Assembly (NCBI RefSeq): GCF_036321535.1
Contig: NC_087436.1
Span: forward strand, 90,708,001-90,772,000
Length of the DNA stretch: 64,000 nucleotides
From: Camelus dromedarius
Lineage: Eukaryota
Direction: 5' to 3'
Position numbers and translations under genes: made by a program. The notes beneath the pieces were generated by a model. The model ran no database searches. It saw nothing but the letters and a program-made list of their open reading frames with translations, and was not told where the DNA came from. Shown piece after piece: positions 1 to 13,065 of the stretch; the stretch's first letter is position 1; each line of letters starts with the position of its first letter.

Positions 1-2905
1 TAAACAAAATTGACAAACCTTTAGCTAAATTCACTAAGAAAAAGAGAGAGAAGGTACTGCTAAATCCAGGGAAAAAACCAAGAGAAATAACAGATACCAC
101 AGAAATACAATGGATTATAAGAGAGCATTATGAACAGCTATAACTAACAAATAGTAAAACCTAGAAGAAACAAACTCTAAAATCATATCACTTTCCAAGA
201 CTGAATCGTGAAGAAATAAAAAATCTGAGTAGACTGATCACTATAAAGGATATTAAAAACCAACCAAAAAATAGAAGCTGAGGATCAGATGGCTTTATAG
301 GTAAATTCTACCAAACATTTAAAATAGATTTAATACTTACCTATTCTCCCCAAACTCTTCCAAAAATCAAAGAGGAGAGAATAATTTCTAACTCATTTTA
401 TGAGGCCAACATTACCCTGATACCAAAACCAAACAAGAACAACACAAAAAAAGATTAATTACAGGCCATTATCTCTGAAGAATATAGATGCAAAAATCCT
501 CAATGAAATACTAGCAAACCAAATACAACAATACATTAAAAGGATCATATATCACAATCAACAAGGATTTATTCCAGGAATGCAAGGATAATTCAACATC
601 TACAAATCAATCAATGGGATACATCACATTAACAATATGAAGAATAAAAACTATATGACCACCTCAATAAACACATGAAAAGCATTTGACAAGGTTCAAC
701 ACCCATTTTTGATAAAATTATTGATAAAATGGGTATAGAAGGAACATACCTCAATATAATATAGACCATATATTACAAATCTATAGCTAATATTATACTC
801 AATGGTGAAAAGGGACTTTCCTAGAGGATCAGGACCAAGACATTGATGCCCATTCTTGCCAGTCTTATTCAACATAGTATTGGAAGTCCTAGTCAGAGCC
901 ATTAGGCAGGAAAAAGAATTTATAAATGGTATCCAAATTGGAAAGGAAAAAGTAAAACTGTCACTACTGCAGATGACATGACTGTATATATAGAAAACCC
1001 CAAAGACTCTACCAAAAAACTATTAAAATATAAATGAATTCAGTAATGTTACAGGGTACAAAATCAATGTACAAAAAAACTGTTGCATTTCTATACACTA
1101 ACAATGAACTAGCAGAAAGAGAAATTATGAAAATAATCCCACTTATAATCACAACAAAAAGAATAAATGTCTAGGAGTAAAATTAACCAAAGAGGTAAAA
1201 GATCTATACACTGAAAACTATAAAGCATGGTTGAAAGAAACTAACAAAGACACAGAGAAATGGAAATACTCCATGAACATGTATTGGAAGAATAACATCT
1301 TTAAAATATCTCCATACATAAAGCAATCTAAAGATTCAATGCAATCCCTATCAAAATCTCAATGACATTTTTGACAAAAATAGAACCACTTAAAATTGAC
1401 ATAGAACAACAAGACCCTGAATAGCCAAACCAAACCTGAGAAAAAAAAGAACAAATCCAGAAGTATCACACTTTCTAATTTCACACTTGATTACAAAGCT
1501 ACAGTATCAAAACAACATGCTGTTGGCAGAAAAACAGACACATAGATGAATGGAACATAACTGAGAGCCCAGAAATAAGCCCACAGGTATATATGGACAA
1601 CTAATCTATGGCAAAGGAGCAAAGAATATACGAGTGAAAGGATAATGTTTTCAATAAATGATGTTGGAAAAACTGGACAGCCACATGCAAAGAATGAAAC
1701 TAGACCACTATCCCAGACCATACACAAAAATCAACTCCAAATGGATTAAAGACCTGAAACCCTAAAAGTCAGAGTAGAAAACACAGGCAACATACTCTTT
1801 GACATTAGTCTTAGCAATATCTTTCTGTATGTCTCCTCAGGCAAGGAAAACAAAACCAAAAATAAACAAATGGGAATACACTGAAAAAAAGCTCTGCACA
1901 GCAAAGGAAACCATCAACAAAATGAATAGATTACCTACCAAACAGGAAAGATACCTGTAAATCATCTATCCAATAAGGAGTTAATATTCAAAATATATAA
2001 AGAACTCATATAACTCAACAAACAAAAACAACCAACCTGATTGAAAAACGAGCAGTTGCTGGATAGACATTTTTCCAGAGAAGACATACAGATGGGCAAC
2101 ATCTTATGTCTTAAAAGATCTTAACACTAATCATCAGGGAAATTCAAATAAAAATCACATTCTAACCTCATTCCTGTTAGAATAGCTATTATCAAAAAGG
2201 CAAGAAAAAAACAGGTGTTGGTGAAGATGTGGAGAAAAGGAAGCCCTCATATACTGCTGTTAGGAATGTAAATTGGTGCAGCCAGTATAGAAAACAGTAT
2301 GAAGATTCCATCAAAAATTAAGAATAGAACTACCATATATTCCAGCCATTTTGCTCCTGGGTATTTATCTGAAGATTACCAAAACACTAATTTGAAAAGA
2401 TATATGTGCCTCTAAGTTCATTGCAGCACATTTACAAAAACTAAGTTATGGAAACAACTTAAGTGCCCATCGATGGATGAATGGATAAAGAAGATGTTGA
2501 ATATAATTTATAATGGAATACTAGTCAGCCATAAAAATAGATGAAATCTTGTCATTTGTGACATGGATAGACCTTGAGGATACTATGCTAAGTGAAATAA
2601 GTCAAAGAAAAACAAATAATGTATAATTTTACTCATATGTGGATTATAAAAAACAGACAAATTAAATCAAAGAAAAACAAACACATAGTTACAAAGAACA
2701 GATTAGTAGTCACCAGAGGAAAAAGTTGGGAAGAAGGTGAAGTGGGTAAAGGGGCTCAATTTTATGGTGATGGATGGAAAGTAATCTTGTAGTGAGCATA
2801 CTGTAAGGTATACTGAAGTTAAAATATAATGTTGTACATGTGGAACTTACATAATGTTATAAATCAATGTTACCTCAACAAAGAAGAAGAAAATAAAAGA
2901 AAAAG
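1..2905 (+). mobile_element. Decayed LINE-1: ORF2 (RT and C-terminal Cys-rich region) plus 3' UTR and A-rich tail, truncated by window start
   Basis: caacatagtattggaagtcctagtcagagccattaggcag (~870-910) encodes [13 protein letters not shown]; gcagatgacatg (969-980) is the A-D-D-M part of the L1 RT catalytic motif. CCHC-region remnant at ~2213-2285. 3' end ...ataaatcaatgttacctcaa then an A-rich tail. Multiple stops and frameshifts. Confidence 0.97.
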
Positions 2906-3826
2906 AAAAGTAAAAAGACAACTTATAGAATGGGAAAATATTTGCAAACCATATATTTTATAAGTGTCTAATAGAATATACAAAGAACTATTACAACTCA
3001 ACAATGAAAAAACAACACAAATAAAAAGTGAAAAGTGTCCAATACACATTTCTCCAAAGAAAATATACAAAGGCCAATAAGCACATGAAAAGACTCAACA
3101 TCATTAGCCATTAGAGAAATGAAAATCAAAACGACAAGGTGATTATCACTTCATAGTCAGTAATATGACTATGTGGAAAAAATATATAGAAAAATATAAA
3201 AACTAGTAAGTGTTGATGAGGATTTGGAGAAATCAGAATCCTCAAATATTGCTGATCAAATTGTATCATGGTATAGTTGCTTTAAAAAAACAATTTGATA
3301 GTTTCTCAAGGAATTACACATGGAGTTAGCACACTAGCCAGCAATTCTACTCTTAAGTCCATGTAAACTGAGATCAAACGTTCAGAAAAATTTGTTCGTG
3401 GATATTCCTATCAACATTATTCATACCAGCCAAAAAGTGAGAAAAAGCAAATGTCCATCAACTGATGAAAATAGGCAGACTATACAATGAAATATTTGGC
3501 CATAAAAAGAATGGATGAACTTTGGAAACATTACGCTAAGTTAAAGACACCAGACACAAAAGACCACATATGGTATGATTCTATTTATATTAAATGCCCA
3601 GGAAAATCCATGGAGACAGAGAGTAGATTAGTGATTGCCAGGAGCTATGGTGATGGTAAAATGTGGAGTGACAGTTAATGGGTCTGGGGTTTATTTTTGA
3701 GGTTATAAAAGGTTCTGGAATTAGACAGTGAAGGTGATTAGACAACTCTGTGAACATACTGAAGAGCACTGAATTTTACATTTTAAAAAGATGAATTTTA
3801 TGTGTGAACTACCTCTCAGTGGAAAA
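2906..3826 (+). mobile_element. Older L1 (L1MB-like) ORF2 end and 3' UTR fragment
   Basis: Restarts ORF2-terminal sequence (aaaagacaacttatagaatgggaaaata) right after the tail of the first L1. The 3' end ggttctggaattagacagtg...cactgaattttacattttaaaaagatgaattttatg resembles L1MB-type ends. Confidence 0.88.
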
Positions 3827-4218
3827 AGATCAGTGGGAGAAATAGGTGTATAATTACTATTGACATAATTGGTCTATTGCATATAACCAGAACATTTCTC
3901 TAGCTAGGTTGTACTGGCTGGTACAAAATTTTCTTTGATTCATGACATATTTTAAATCAAAATAGACTTATTGCCTAGTTCTAAGGTTTTTAGTATGGAT
4001 TTTGCTTTTCTGCTCCTATAGAAGAAAAATAGAAATATTCTGCAGTGAAAAATCCTGTATCTGAGCTGATATCTGATTTATCTTTTCTATACCAATTTCC
4101 AAGTTTAGACAATCTCAAACAAAATTTAAGAAATGTTCTATTTTTTTAAGTTCACATTTTTTAAAAATTGATGGTTAAGGGAATAAGGACTGTGAAATGT
4201 AACTTATAAGACACAGTA

Positions 4219-5053
4219 AGGTATCACCTCATAGCAATCAGAATGACCATCATTCAAAAGTCCACAAATGATAAATGCTGGAGAGGCTGTGAAGAAAAGG
4301 GAATCCTCCTACACTGTTGGTGCGAAGGCAGTTTGGTGCAGCCATTGTGAAAAACAGTATGGAGATTCCTCAAAAGACTAAAAATAGACTTATCATATGA
4401 CCCAGAAATCCCATTCCTGGGCATATATCCAGAAGGAACTCTAATTCAAAAAGACACCTGCACCCTAGTGTTCATAGCATCACTATTTACAATAGCTAAG
4501 ACATGGAAACAACCTAAATGTCCATCGACAGATGACTGGATAAAGAAGAGGTGGTATATTTATAGAATGGAATATTATTCAGCCATAAAAAAGACAACAT
4601 AATGCTATTTGCAGCAACATGGATGTCCCTGGAGACTGTCATTCTAAGTGAAGTAAGCCAGAAAGAGAAAGAAAAATACCATATGAGATCATTCATATGT
4701 GGAATCTAAAAAAAAAAAAAAAAAAAAAGAAGACGAACTTAAATATAAAACAGAAACAGACTCACAGACACAGAATACAAACTTGTGGTTGCCAGGAGGG
4801 AGGGGGTGGGAAGGGAAAGATTGGGAGTTCAAGATTGGTAGATACTGACAGGCTTATATAGAATAGATAAACAAGATGATACTGTATAGCACAGGGAAAT
4901 ACATTCAAGATCTTGTAGTAGCTCACGGTGAAAAAGAATATGAAAACAAATATATGTATATTTATGTATAACCGAAAAATTGTGCTGTACACCAGAACTT
5001 GACATAACATTGTAAAATGACTATAACTCAATAAAAAAATTTTAAATAAAAAA
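4219..5053 (+). mobile_element. 5'-truncated younger L1 (camelid-lineage type) 3' end with poly(A)
   Basis: Well-preserved ORF2 C-terminus (aaatgctggagaggctgtgaagaaaaggg...cactgttggtg) and 3' UTR ending aaatgactataactcaataaaaaa. Possible degraded TSD aagacacagta (4208-4218) / aaggcacaata (5052-5062). Confidence 0.93.
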
Positions 5054-5714
5054 GGCACAATACAAATATCACAGATTATTAAATATCCCCGAATACTATT
5101 GGCTTACCATATAAATGCAATAAGATAAATTCTTACCTTTCTATTATTATTATTCAAATATATTAACAAAATGTGAAATAGAAGCTGAACTATTAAATTC
5201 TAAACTTAATTCCTTTTTGTTATAATGGACAAAAATAGAGCTAATTTTAAATTGGTATATTTAAAAGAGTGCATACATATTTACATGCTTACACTCAAGT
5301 TGACATGAATCTTGATAATTGGCACAGACCATTTATAGATATTCTTTTTAGTAGGAAATATAAAAATAATCTGTTTATACAGAACCTACCTATGATTTAT
5401 TCTTTCCTATCAATTTCTTTAAAATGACCAGAATTTTGCTTTAAGTATTAAGAAGTCTTGGGCTATTATTTAATTTGCTGACTCTATTGACTAACACTAC
5501 CTTTATGGCTGTCTCTGAGATACAACAAGGTCAAAATGTGCATGCATTTAATGTTCAAAACACAAAAATACGTTTACTAGGCATGGGAGCCACAGGAACT
5601 GCATTCTTCTTCAGTTTCTCATCATAATCACTGAGAATCTAACTCCTACAGGAGATGGATGCAAGCAAACAAAAGGAGCCATTGATCAATAATAAATCAG
5701 GATTTCTTAATAGG

Positions 5715-6260
5715 CTAATTCAGGACTTCAGCAGAAATTATACAAGATGAGCCTGAAGCATCTTTTCGTGCCAGAAAGTAAGAAAGTGCTCTAACACACA
5801 CCACCGCTAACAAACCACCGTTATTGTGTGAAAGATGTCAAAGGGACATAGGAACCACCCCAAAGAGCTCTCAGTGGCCAAAGCTAAACAATTTGAGTAA
5901 CAAAATACACAAAATGGTATTTGATATAACCCAAAGCATAAAAAAGATCAACTTAATATAAATAAATGTCTGAATAAATGGGAGAGAAAAGACAAATCTC
6001 TCATGCAAGAGAATTCTAAGTAATTTATGAAAACACTCTGACTAAAGAAAGTGGAGTATAATTCTCTAATCCTTAAGTGGGGGCTCCGCAATTGAATGGA
6101 CTTTGGCCATAATGATGTATCAGTTTAATAATTGTGACAAATGTACCATATTAATATCAGGTATTAATAGTAAAGGAAACTGAGTATTAGACATATGGGA
6201 ACTTTGTACTAACTTCCCCTACTTTTCTATGTATCTAAAACTAATCAAAAAATAAAGAAT
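5715..6260 (+). mobile_element. L1MC3/L1MD-like 3' UTR fragment
   Basis: tacaagatgagcctgaagcatcttttcgtgccagaaagtaagaaagtgctc and atgtcaaagggacataggaacc...gagctctcagtggccaaagct match recalled L1MC/MD 3' consensus. Confidence 0.82.
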
Positions 6261-6849
6261 TTGTATGTTAAAAATAGAGTATATGCAGGTTGGTATAAAC
6301 TCAAGGAAACAAGAATAGAAGCCTTTAACATTTTTCTCCCACCACTCAGAGAGAAATGAATGACCTTTCAAGTCACCTGGAAGTGGGTGGTGGGGTTTTC
6401 TTAAATACCCTAGGGGAAAAAAATGAAGAAATTATTCAGGCAAGAGCAGAAGAAAAACAATTCTAAGATGGAGATGAAGGCAATAGAAAGGATAATGAAT
6501 GCAATGAGTCGTTCCAAACAAGAAACCCTTTGGAATCAAACACTGTGTATCGTGATACAGTTTTTCCATATCTATTAACATTATAGATTATACATTCAAA
6601 GCTGTGTTAGTTTATATATAGGTTAGTACATTCACAACTGTGTATACGGTACTTCATGGGAAAGTGAAAGGATTTTTCAAAAGCATCTTTTATTTGCAAT
6701 TTTCTCCTAATTCACTGACTTTGAACTTTTTTCCTGAGTTGTTCCTCACCAGACTTAGGCCCCAGTCACTCAAAATCTAGCATTCATGCAGTTTTCTAGA
6801 AATGGGAATTAGATGGAGAGGATGTAGCTTATTTAAAATTCAGATTGCA

Positions 6850-7049
6850 CACAGAACAGATAAACAAGATTATACTGTATAGCACAGGGAAATATATACA
6901 AGATCTTGTGGTAGCTCATAGTGAAAAAAAATGTGACAATGAATATATATATGTTCATGTATAACTGAAAAATTGTGCTCTACACTCGAATTTGACACAA
7001 CATTGTAAAATGACTATTACTCAATAAAAAAAGTATAATAAAATAAAAT
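6850..7049 (+). mobile_element. Short L1 3'-end insertion (same family as 4219-5053) with perfect 15-bp TSD
   Basis: Closely similar to 4858-5040. Flanked by aaaattcagattgca at 6835-6849 and 7050-7064, in a TT|AAAA endonuclease context. Confidence 0.95.
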
Positions 7050-7454
7050 AAAATTCAGATTGCAGCCTGCTGCCACCATTAATTCTAACTGGATTGATCT
7101 CTGATAGAATTGTGCTGGAAGATGGTCATGCTGATTGTCTTCAGAATTTAACTTGAGAAACAGAAGTTTAATCTAAACCTACATGAAAACTTTGTCTTAT
7201 CTCATGAAAATGTAGTTTTATACACATACAGTTCTGTTCTCCTGGAAATGGAGAGTAATAGAGTCATATTAACCCCTTAAAGCCCAATAGCTGTGTATTT
7301 TGGGAACTTCTAGGAATCCCATATTTTTATTTAATTTAATGAAACATGGAAGCCAATGAGAGAGACACTTGAGAGAAGAAATTTGTTTTCAATCTTAAAT
7401 ATATTATCAGGGGTCTGAAATATAGCTATACAGTTCTTAGAGTTTAAAAATGAT

Positions 7455-7605
7455 TCAGTACATAAAATGAGTAAGTCCTAGAGATCTGCTGTACAGTTGT
7501 GTCTATAGTAAACAGCACTCTACTGTGCACTTAAAAATTTAAGAGATTAGAGCTCACGTTAAGTGCTCTTAACAGAATAAAAACTAAAGTAAAATAAAAT
7601 AAAAA
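7455..7605 (+). mobile_element. L1MA/L1MB-like extreme 3' end fragment
   Basis: gagtaagtcctagagatctgctgtacag...gcacttaaaaatttaagag...ctcacgttaagtgctctt followed by an A-rich tail. Confidence 0.75.
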
Positions 7606-7714
7606 ATCCTAAATAGGTCTTAAAAAACAACCACCACCAAAAATAATCCTTGTTCTTTGGGCCTCAGGTAGAAATCTGGTAAGAGAAAGTGTATGGAATT
7701 GGAAGTTACCTAAT

Positions 7715-7878
7715 TCTAGAAATGATTTACTGTACAATATTGGGCTACTTAAACTCTTTAAGGGTCAGTTTTCTCGCGTTTAAAATGAGAATAATAGTAC
7801 TTAAAACAAAGGGTTCTTAGAGTTATTCACTGAAATATTATGTGGAAAGCATCTCATAGATTATCAGGCACATACTTG
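7715..7878 (+). mobile_element. MIR SINE fragment
   Basis: MIR core-like ttgggctacttaaactct...tcagttttctcgcgtttaaaatgagaataatagtac, ending caggcacata. Confidence 0.7.
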
Positions 7879-9009
7879 GCAGAAATAGTAGCCAGAAATA
7901 TACTAGATCTCTTCATTTATTGTGTTAGATTTAGAAATAGTAGCTCTCACAAGTTAGAACTTTTTAAATGTTAAATGCCACAAACAAGTGCTTTAAAAAT
8001 GACCATAGGCCTCCACTTTTCACAGATCGAGATATCAAACTTTAAAGAAGTTGAACAATGTTCCCTAAGACATAGATTTTGCTAATGCTAATTTCAGGGC
8101 CACAACCTACAGGTCCAGGCCAGTGACATGTATCCTATAGCACAGCACACTATCCAGGAGTAATGACTCCTACTAACTATTTTCACAATAACCAAAGTTC
8201 CCCTCCTAAACTGAAAATCACTTTCTGGTCAGTATAAAAATTTAAATGAACTTTTCAGGAAAATGATATGGAAGGCAAGAAAGCTATGTAAATGCGTCCC
8301 TTTTTTGAAAGGCAAATTTTCTTTCAAACTAACTGTTGTATTATGAGATTTTTTTCTTCTATTTTAGAATCTTCTGAGAACGCAAACTGGCAAATTGTCA
8401 TTTAAATTCAACCTTAAGTTTTAACCAAAACAGAAGGTGGTATAGCTAATCCTTACTAAAGCTGGTGAATATTCATTTTCCCTACCCAGGATATTGTAGT
8501 GGATTCAGCTTGCAGAAATCCCCTTAGGATACAGTTATGATTATACTATTTGGCTGATTCAATAAATAGGAAGAGTGGTTGCCAGGCTCTCCAGGGAACT
8601 TGCTGGGAAAATTATCCCCTGGATGGCACTAGCAATTATTTACTTTGATTGAATTTTTTTTTCAATTTTTGAACAGAATACTTTTTAATATAATAAATAT
8701 AAAAAGCATCTGAAGATTTGGACATGACCTACAAAGACAGTTAAATGCAATTCAACAATCGTGAGGAATGAGGTTTGTAACACACCTTGATTCAAATGTG
8801 TCCTTTTTCTACCATAAGAGTTTCTTTTTCCATGACAATTGAGCAAATACCCTAAGAGATGCAGATGTTAAACTACTAGAGGAGAGTGGGACAAAGGATT
8901 TCAAATATGTTAGACCAACTCTAGGACAAGTGGCTAGATACTGAATTACTCAGGCTTCTGACCTGTGCTCTCACCTCTGAAATCTAGTTCAATTGCATGA
9001 CCTTAAATA

Positions 9010-9830
9010 TAATCAGCATACTGATGACTCTCCAATTTGCATCTCTTACTCTAACTCTTTCCTAAGTTCCAGACTTATACAACAAATTGCCAATCCAATC
9101 TCTATTTGAATATTTGATATTTCAAAGTGAACCTGAGGAAAGAAGAGAGTGTTCTAGGTTTTCTGGGGAAAAAAAGGAAAGAAAGAAAAAAAAATGAAAG
9201 GAAGAAAGAAAAAGAAAAAGACAGGCAGAAAGACAGAAAGACAGACCGACAGACAGAAAGAACAATAAATCACCCATTCCTCCATAAATCTTTCTTATCT
9301 CAGTAAATAACTCCACTGTCCACTCAGTCTTTTAATCAAAAACCCGGGGTATATTTCTGAATCCTCTTTTTCTCCAATACCCTATATCCAATCCATTTTC
9401 TAATCTGTTCCACTTTTAAAATATATCCCTAACCCATCACTTCTTCCCTTCTGATACCACCCTAAGTTCAAGCCACCCCTCCGCTTACCTAGACTCCTAC
9501 AACAGTCACTACGCCCACTGTCCTCTCTTTAGTCCATTTGTAGCACAGCAAATTTATCCTTAAATATGGTGTTTCCCTGTTTATGAGCTTTCCATGGCTT
9601 CCCGTTCTAAGTTGAACAAAATCCAACTCTGACTTCAACGTGTAAGACTGATGAGATGGCCCCTGCCCGACTCTACTCTCTTAACTCTAACCACATCAAT
9701 CTCCTTTTAATGAACCTTTGCACTTTCTGCTTCACCTACTTAGATAGCTCTAATTCTGGCTCACAATCCTGGCTCCTTTGCATCATTTATAGCTTGTCTT
9801 AAATACCACTTCCGGAGAGTGAATTTATGG
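9010..9830 (+). mobile_element. L2 LINE fragment interrupted by a purine-rich/(GACA)n simple repeat (~9140-9268)
   Basis: actgatgactctccaatttgcatctc...ttccagacttatacaacaaattgcc matches L2 RT-terminal consensus. Pyrimidine-rich L2 3' region continues to ~9830. Confidence 0.75.
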
Positions 9831-12564
9831 AATTAATGTCTAACTCTAAAGGGAAGCAAAGGAGACTAGCCTCTAGGAAGGAAAATATATGTAAGTTCAG
9901 TGGAAGCGCCTGCTCTCCTGCTGATGTTTAGAGGAAAAGTGGTTGTAGTAAATTCTGTTGGAGAAAGAAGTGTTTCTTCTCTATTCTTCAAGTTTACTTC
10001 AAGTTCCTATAAGCTGCCTGGCCTCATCCCCAGTCCCTTCACCAAACTGTCAGCAAGGAACAAGGAGCAAGCTAATCTGATAAACTGGGAATGTGTATCC
10101 CTGCCCCTTTCTCTCCCCACAAGAAGCACTGCTCTGCTGGATCTCCCTTGCCACACATTTGACAAAGATTGCCTCTGCCCTTGAACTAAGTAGGAAAATC
10201 TATGTACACCCACTGAGCTGCAGACGTAAGCCACATCTCAATATCTACTTTGTCTGTTGAAAAAAAAAAATGTTCTATTTTGGTCCATATTTGCCCTATG
10301 CCACTTTATATATTTTTAACTGCCTCAATACTCAAGAGGAGACAAGGAATGACATATGTCAGAACCTCTTAAACTCCAAAAGCTGCATGTAGTCTTCCAG
10401 CATCAGTAACTAAGATGAACTACAGCTGGCTGTGAGCTACAGTCTGAAATGAAAACTTGGTCTGAGCTGTAACTAAGTACTCCTAGAAAAGGTCACCTGC
10501 TTCCTATTTAGAAGAAAAATTAATAACGGCCACTGAGTGAAGGGAATGTTATATATGGCTCTAACTTACAGACTACAGAAAGGCTCAATAATTGTTTGTT
10601 GCAGTAATGAACAGGCAGGACGAGATGCACACGATTCAACACCAGAGGGACGCTGTCTGTCCCTAAAGATACAAGAACAGCAGCAAAGCACTCACATCCA
10701 CGTGCAGGAAGGACAGCCACAGCGAAGAGGATGAAAGGCGAGTAACAACTGTGCTGGCAGACACAACTTGCAGACAACGATGGCAGATGGATTCTTCCAG
10801 AAAGAGAAACAATATATATACCTGGGTAATTTAGAGGACATACACAGCAAGCCAGCAGCAATGAGGTATGTGAGAACATGGGGAAAATGGCAATTTGAGA
10901 GAAATCAACAGGAAACAAAGATTGTTAGTACATCCTCCAAACCTGAAGAAATACTTCACCAAAAGCTTCCTTTTAAGTCACTCCATCTGCTGGATTATAT
11001 TTTACTAATTGCCCTTTTCCCTCCCTGGCTTCCTTGAGATCAAAAGTAAAAATTATCTAGTAGTCTAAGAACTATTTTCTTGAAGTTTTATTTGAAATCC
11101 ACAAAATAGTGAGTCTAATAAAGGATAAAATTAAAAATAAAAGGACTGAGAATAGATTATTCGTATTTTTATTCAAGTATTTAGCTAGTTTGTTGCATTA
11201 AGCAATGATTCCATAGACTGGCAAATCCTTACTTTGTTCATTTCCATGAGGCATTTAAAAATTCCCATGACTCTTTTCTGAGCAAAAACTCTAGTCTCTT
11301 GGGAAGAACTCCCAATTCACAGCTGTTTAACATCATGTTATCATGGTTTGCTGTCCTAGTAGCCTGGACTGTCTCTTTGATCAATTTCTGAGTGAGCAAT
11401 CAGATCCAGAGTAGTCAATCTAATTCAGTCACTTTAATGGCTCAGATAACTGGGATGGTGCTGGTAATTTTGGTGATTAAAATGACAAATACAATCCAAT
11501 TGTGCAAAATTGACATAGGTCAATGCTTGGCTGGGATGTCAGCACACATACACAACAACCCCTCTGAGCCTGACCAAAGGACTTTGTGGAGACAGTCCAT
11601 AACCGCCTCTCTCTTGCCATCTCATTGCATGCCAGGGGTCCATTCCTATTGACAGTTCCATCATAGTAATGAATTATATTTTCCATATTCCCTGCATAGC
11701 CATATCTTAGTGAAAAAATAAATCAAATTGCACCCTGCCTCAATTATATAGAGTTTAGAGGTAGAGATCTGACAATATTGATTAAAGTAATCACAATCGC
11801 TTATCACTCTGGTGAGAAAAGGTTCCTTTGTTTTCAAAACAAACAATGCCATATAATTTACAATTTTGGAGAACATTTTAGAAAAAGGAAATCTGGAACA
11901 CCTGTTGTTGTCAAGGCTCAGGAAAACTGCCAGAAGCATTTCAAATGGTGCCTTTACCTGTTTCACACAACAGCTGAGTCTCACCATCTGGGCCAGGCTG
12001 AAATTTCCACGAGTTCAGCCAAATTGTCAGAATAGCTTCCTTTTGCCGGTCCTTTAAGCAACTGGCTGCTTGGGAATACTAAAAATACATTTGACATCAG
12101 AAATCTGTCTCCAAATGAATGCGTGAAGCCCAAGTGCCATGAAACGATGGAAAGAGTATTAAGCTTACACACCATATAATCATTTCTAGTCTAGCACCGC
12201 ATTAGAATTGGGGATTAAGCCAACAGAGCATGTTTGTTTAGAATTGTGATAATTGCCAGGTCTAGAGCAGTATAAAATCATTCCTCAAAGTGGAACATTG
12301 CATTATCCTAATGGACAACTAAATAAGTAAACATGTTGTGAATGTTTCAACAAGTCAGAAAACAGAACAAACACTATAGAGCAAAACTGCATATACTCTC
12401 AAGATTAAACTTTTCCTATGAAGCACTTTAGACAATGCCAACGAAATTTAACTGCACCAAAACCATTTGATCATCAGAGACTGTGAAGATTTTAATTTCA
12501 GAATGATTTATTAAAATAAAAACAAAAATCAGAAAATTACTGATCTATAGAATGAGCAATATTT

Positions 12565-13065
12565 TTCAAAGAGGCATAATTTACAACAGTGAAATGCACA
12601 AATCTTAAATGTAATATTTCAATGCATTTTACAAGTGCATGCATCCATATACCCCACACAGACAACAAGAAAAAACATATTTCCATTACCCATGAGGTTC
12701 CTGCCCCAGGCTGTTCCCAGTCAATCTCTGTTCCACTTGCATAAACTACTATTCTAATTTCTTACACCAGGTTTACCTGTTAAAAAATTTCATATAAATG
12801 GAATCATACAATTGGTATTGTTTGTATCTAGCTTATTATTTATAAGTTGCATCTGTGTCACTGCATGTGTAAGTACAATTTCATTATTTAAATATGCCAC
12901 ATTTAAGTAATATATTTTTCTGGTTGAAAAGAATTTAGGTTGTATCCAGTTTTAGCCCTATTTTCAATAAAACCGCTATGGACGTTATTGATAAGTGCTT
13001 CTGTGGATATATGTTTGGGATTTTCATGGGTAAATACCTCATATGGAATTTCTGGGTGATAGCAG
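12565..13065 (-). mobile_element. Ancient L1 (L1ME-like) 3' fragment, reverse
   Basis: gaggcataatttacaacagtgaaatgcacaaatcttaa...catataaatggaatcatacaa...gggtaaatacc..ggaatttctgggt are typical reverse L1M 3' motifs. Confidence 0.8.

Noticed and set aside
1..2600. Reverse transcriptase motifs suggesting an active retroelement or novel RT system
   Set aside because: Ordinary decayed L1 ORF2 with many stops and frameshifts; no long sense ORF survives in the track.
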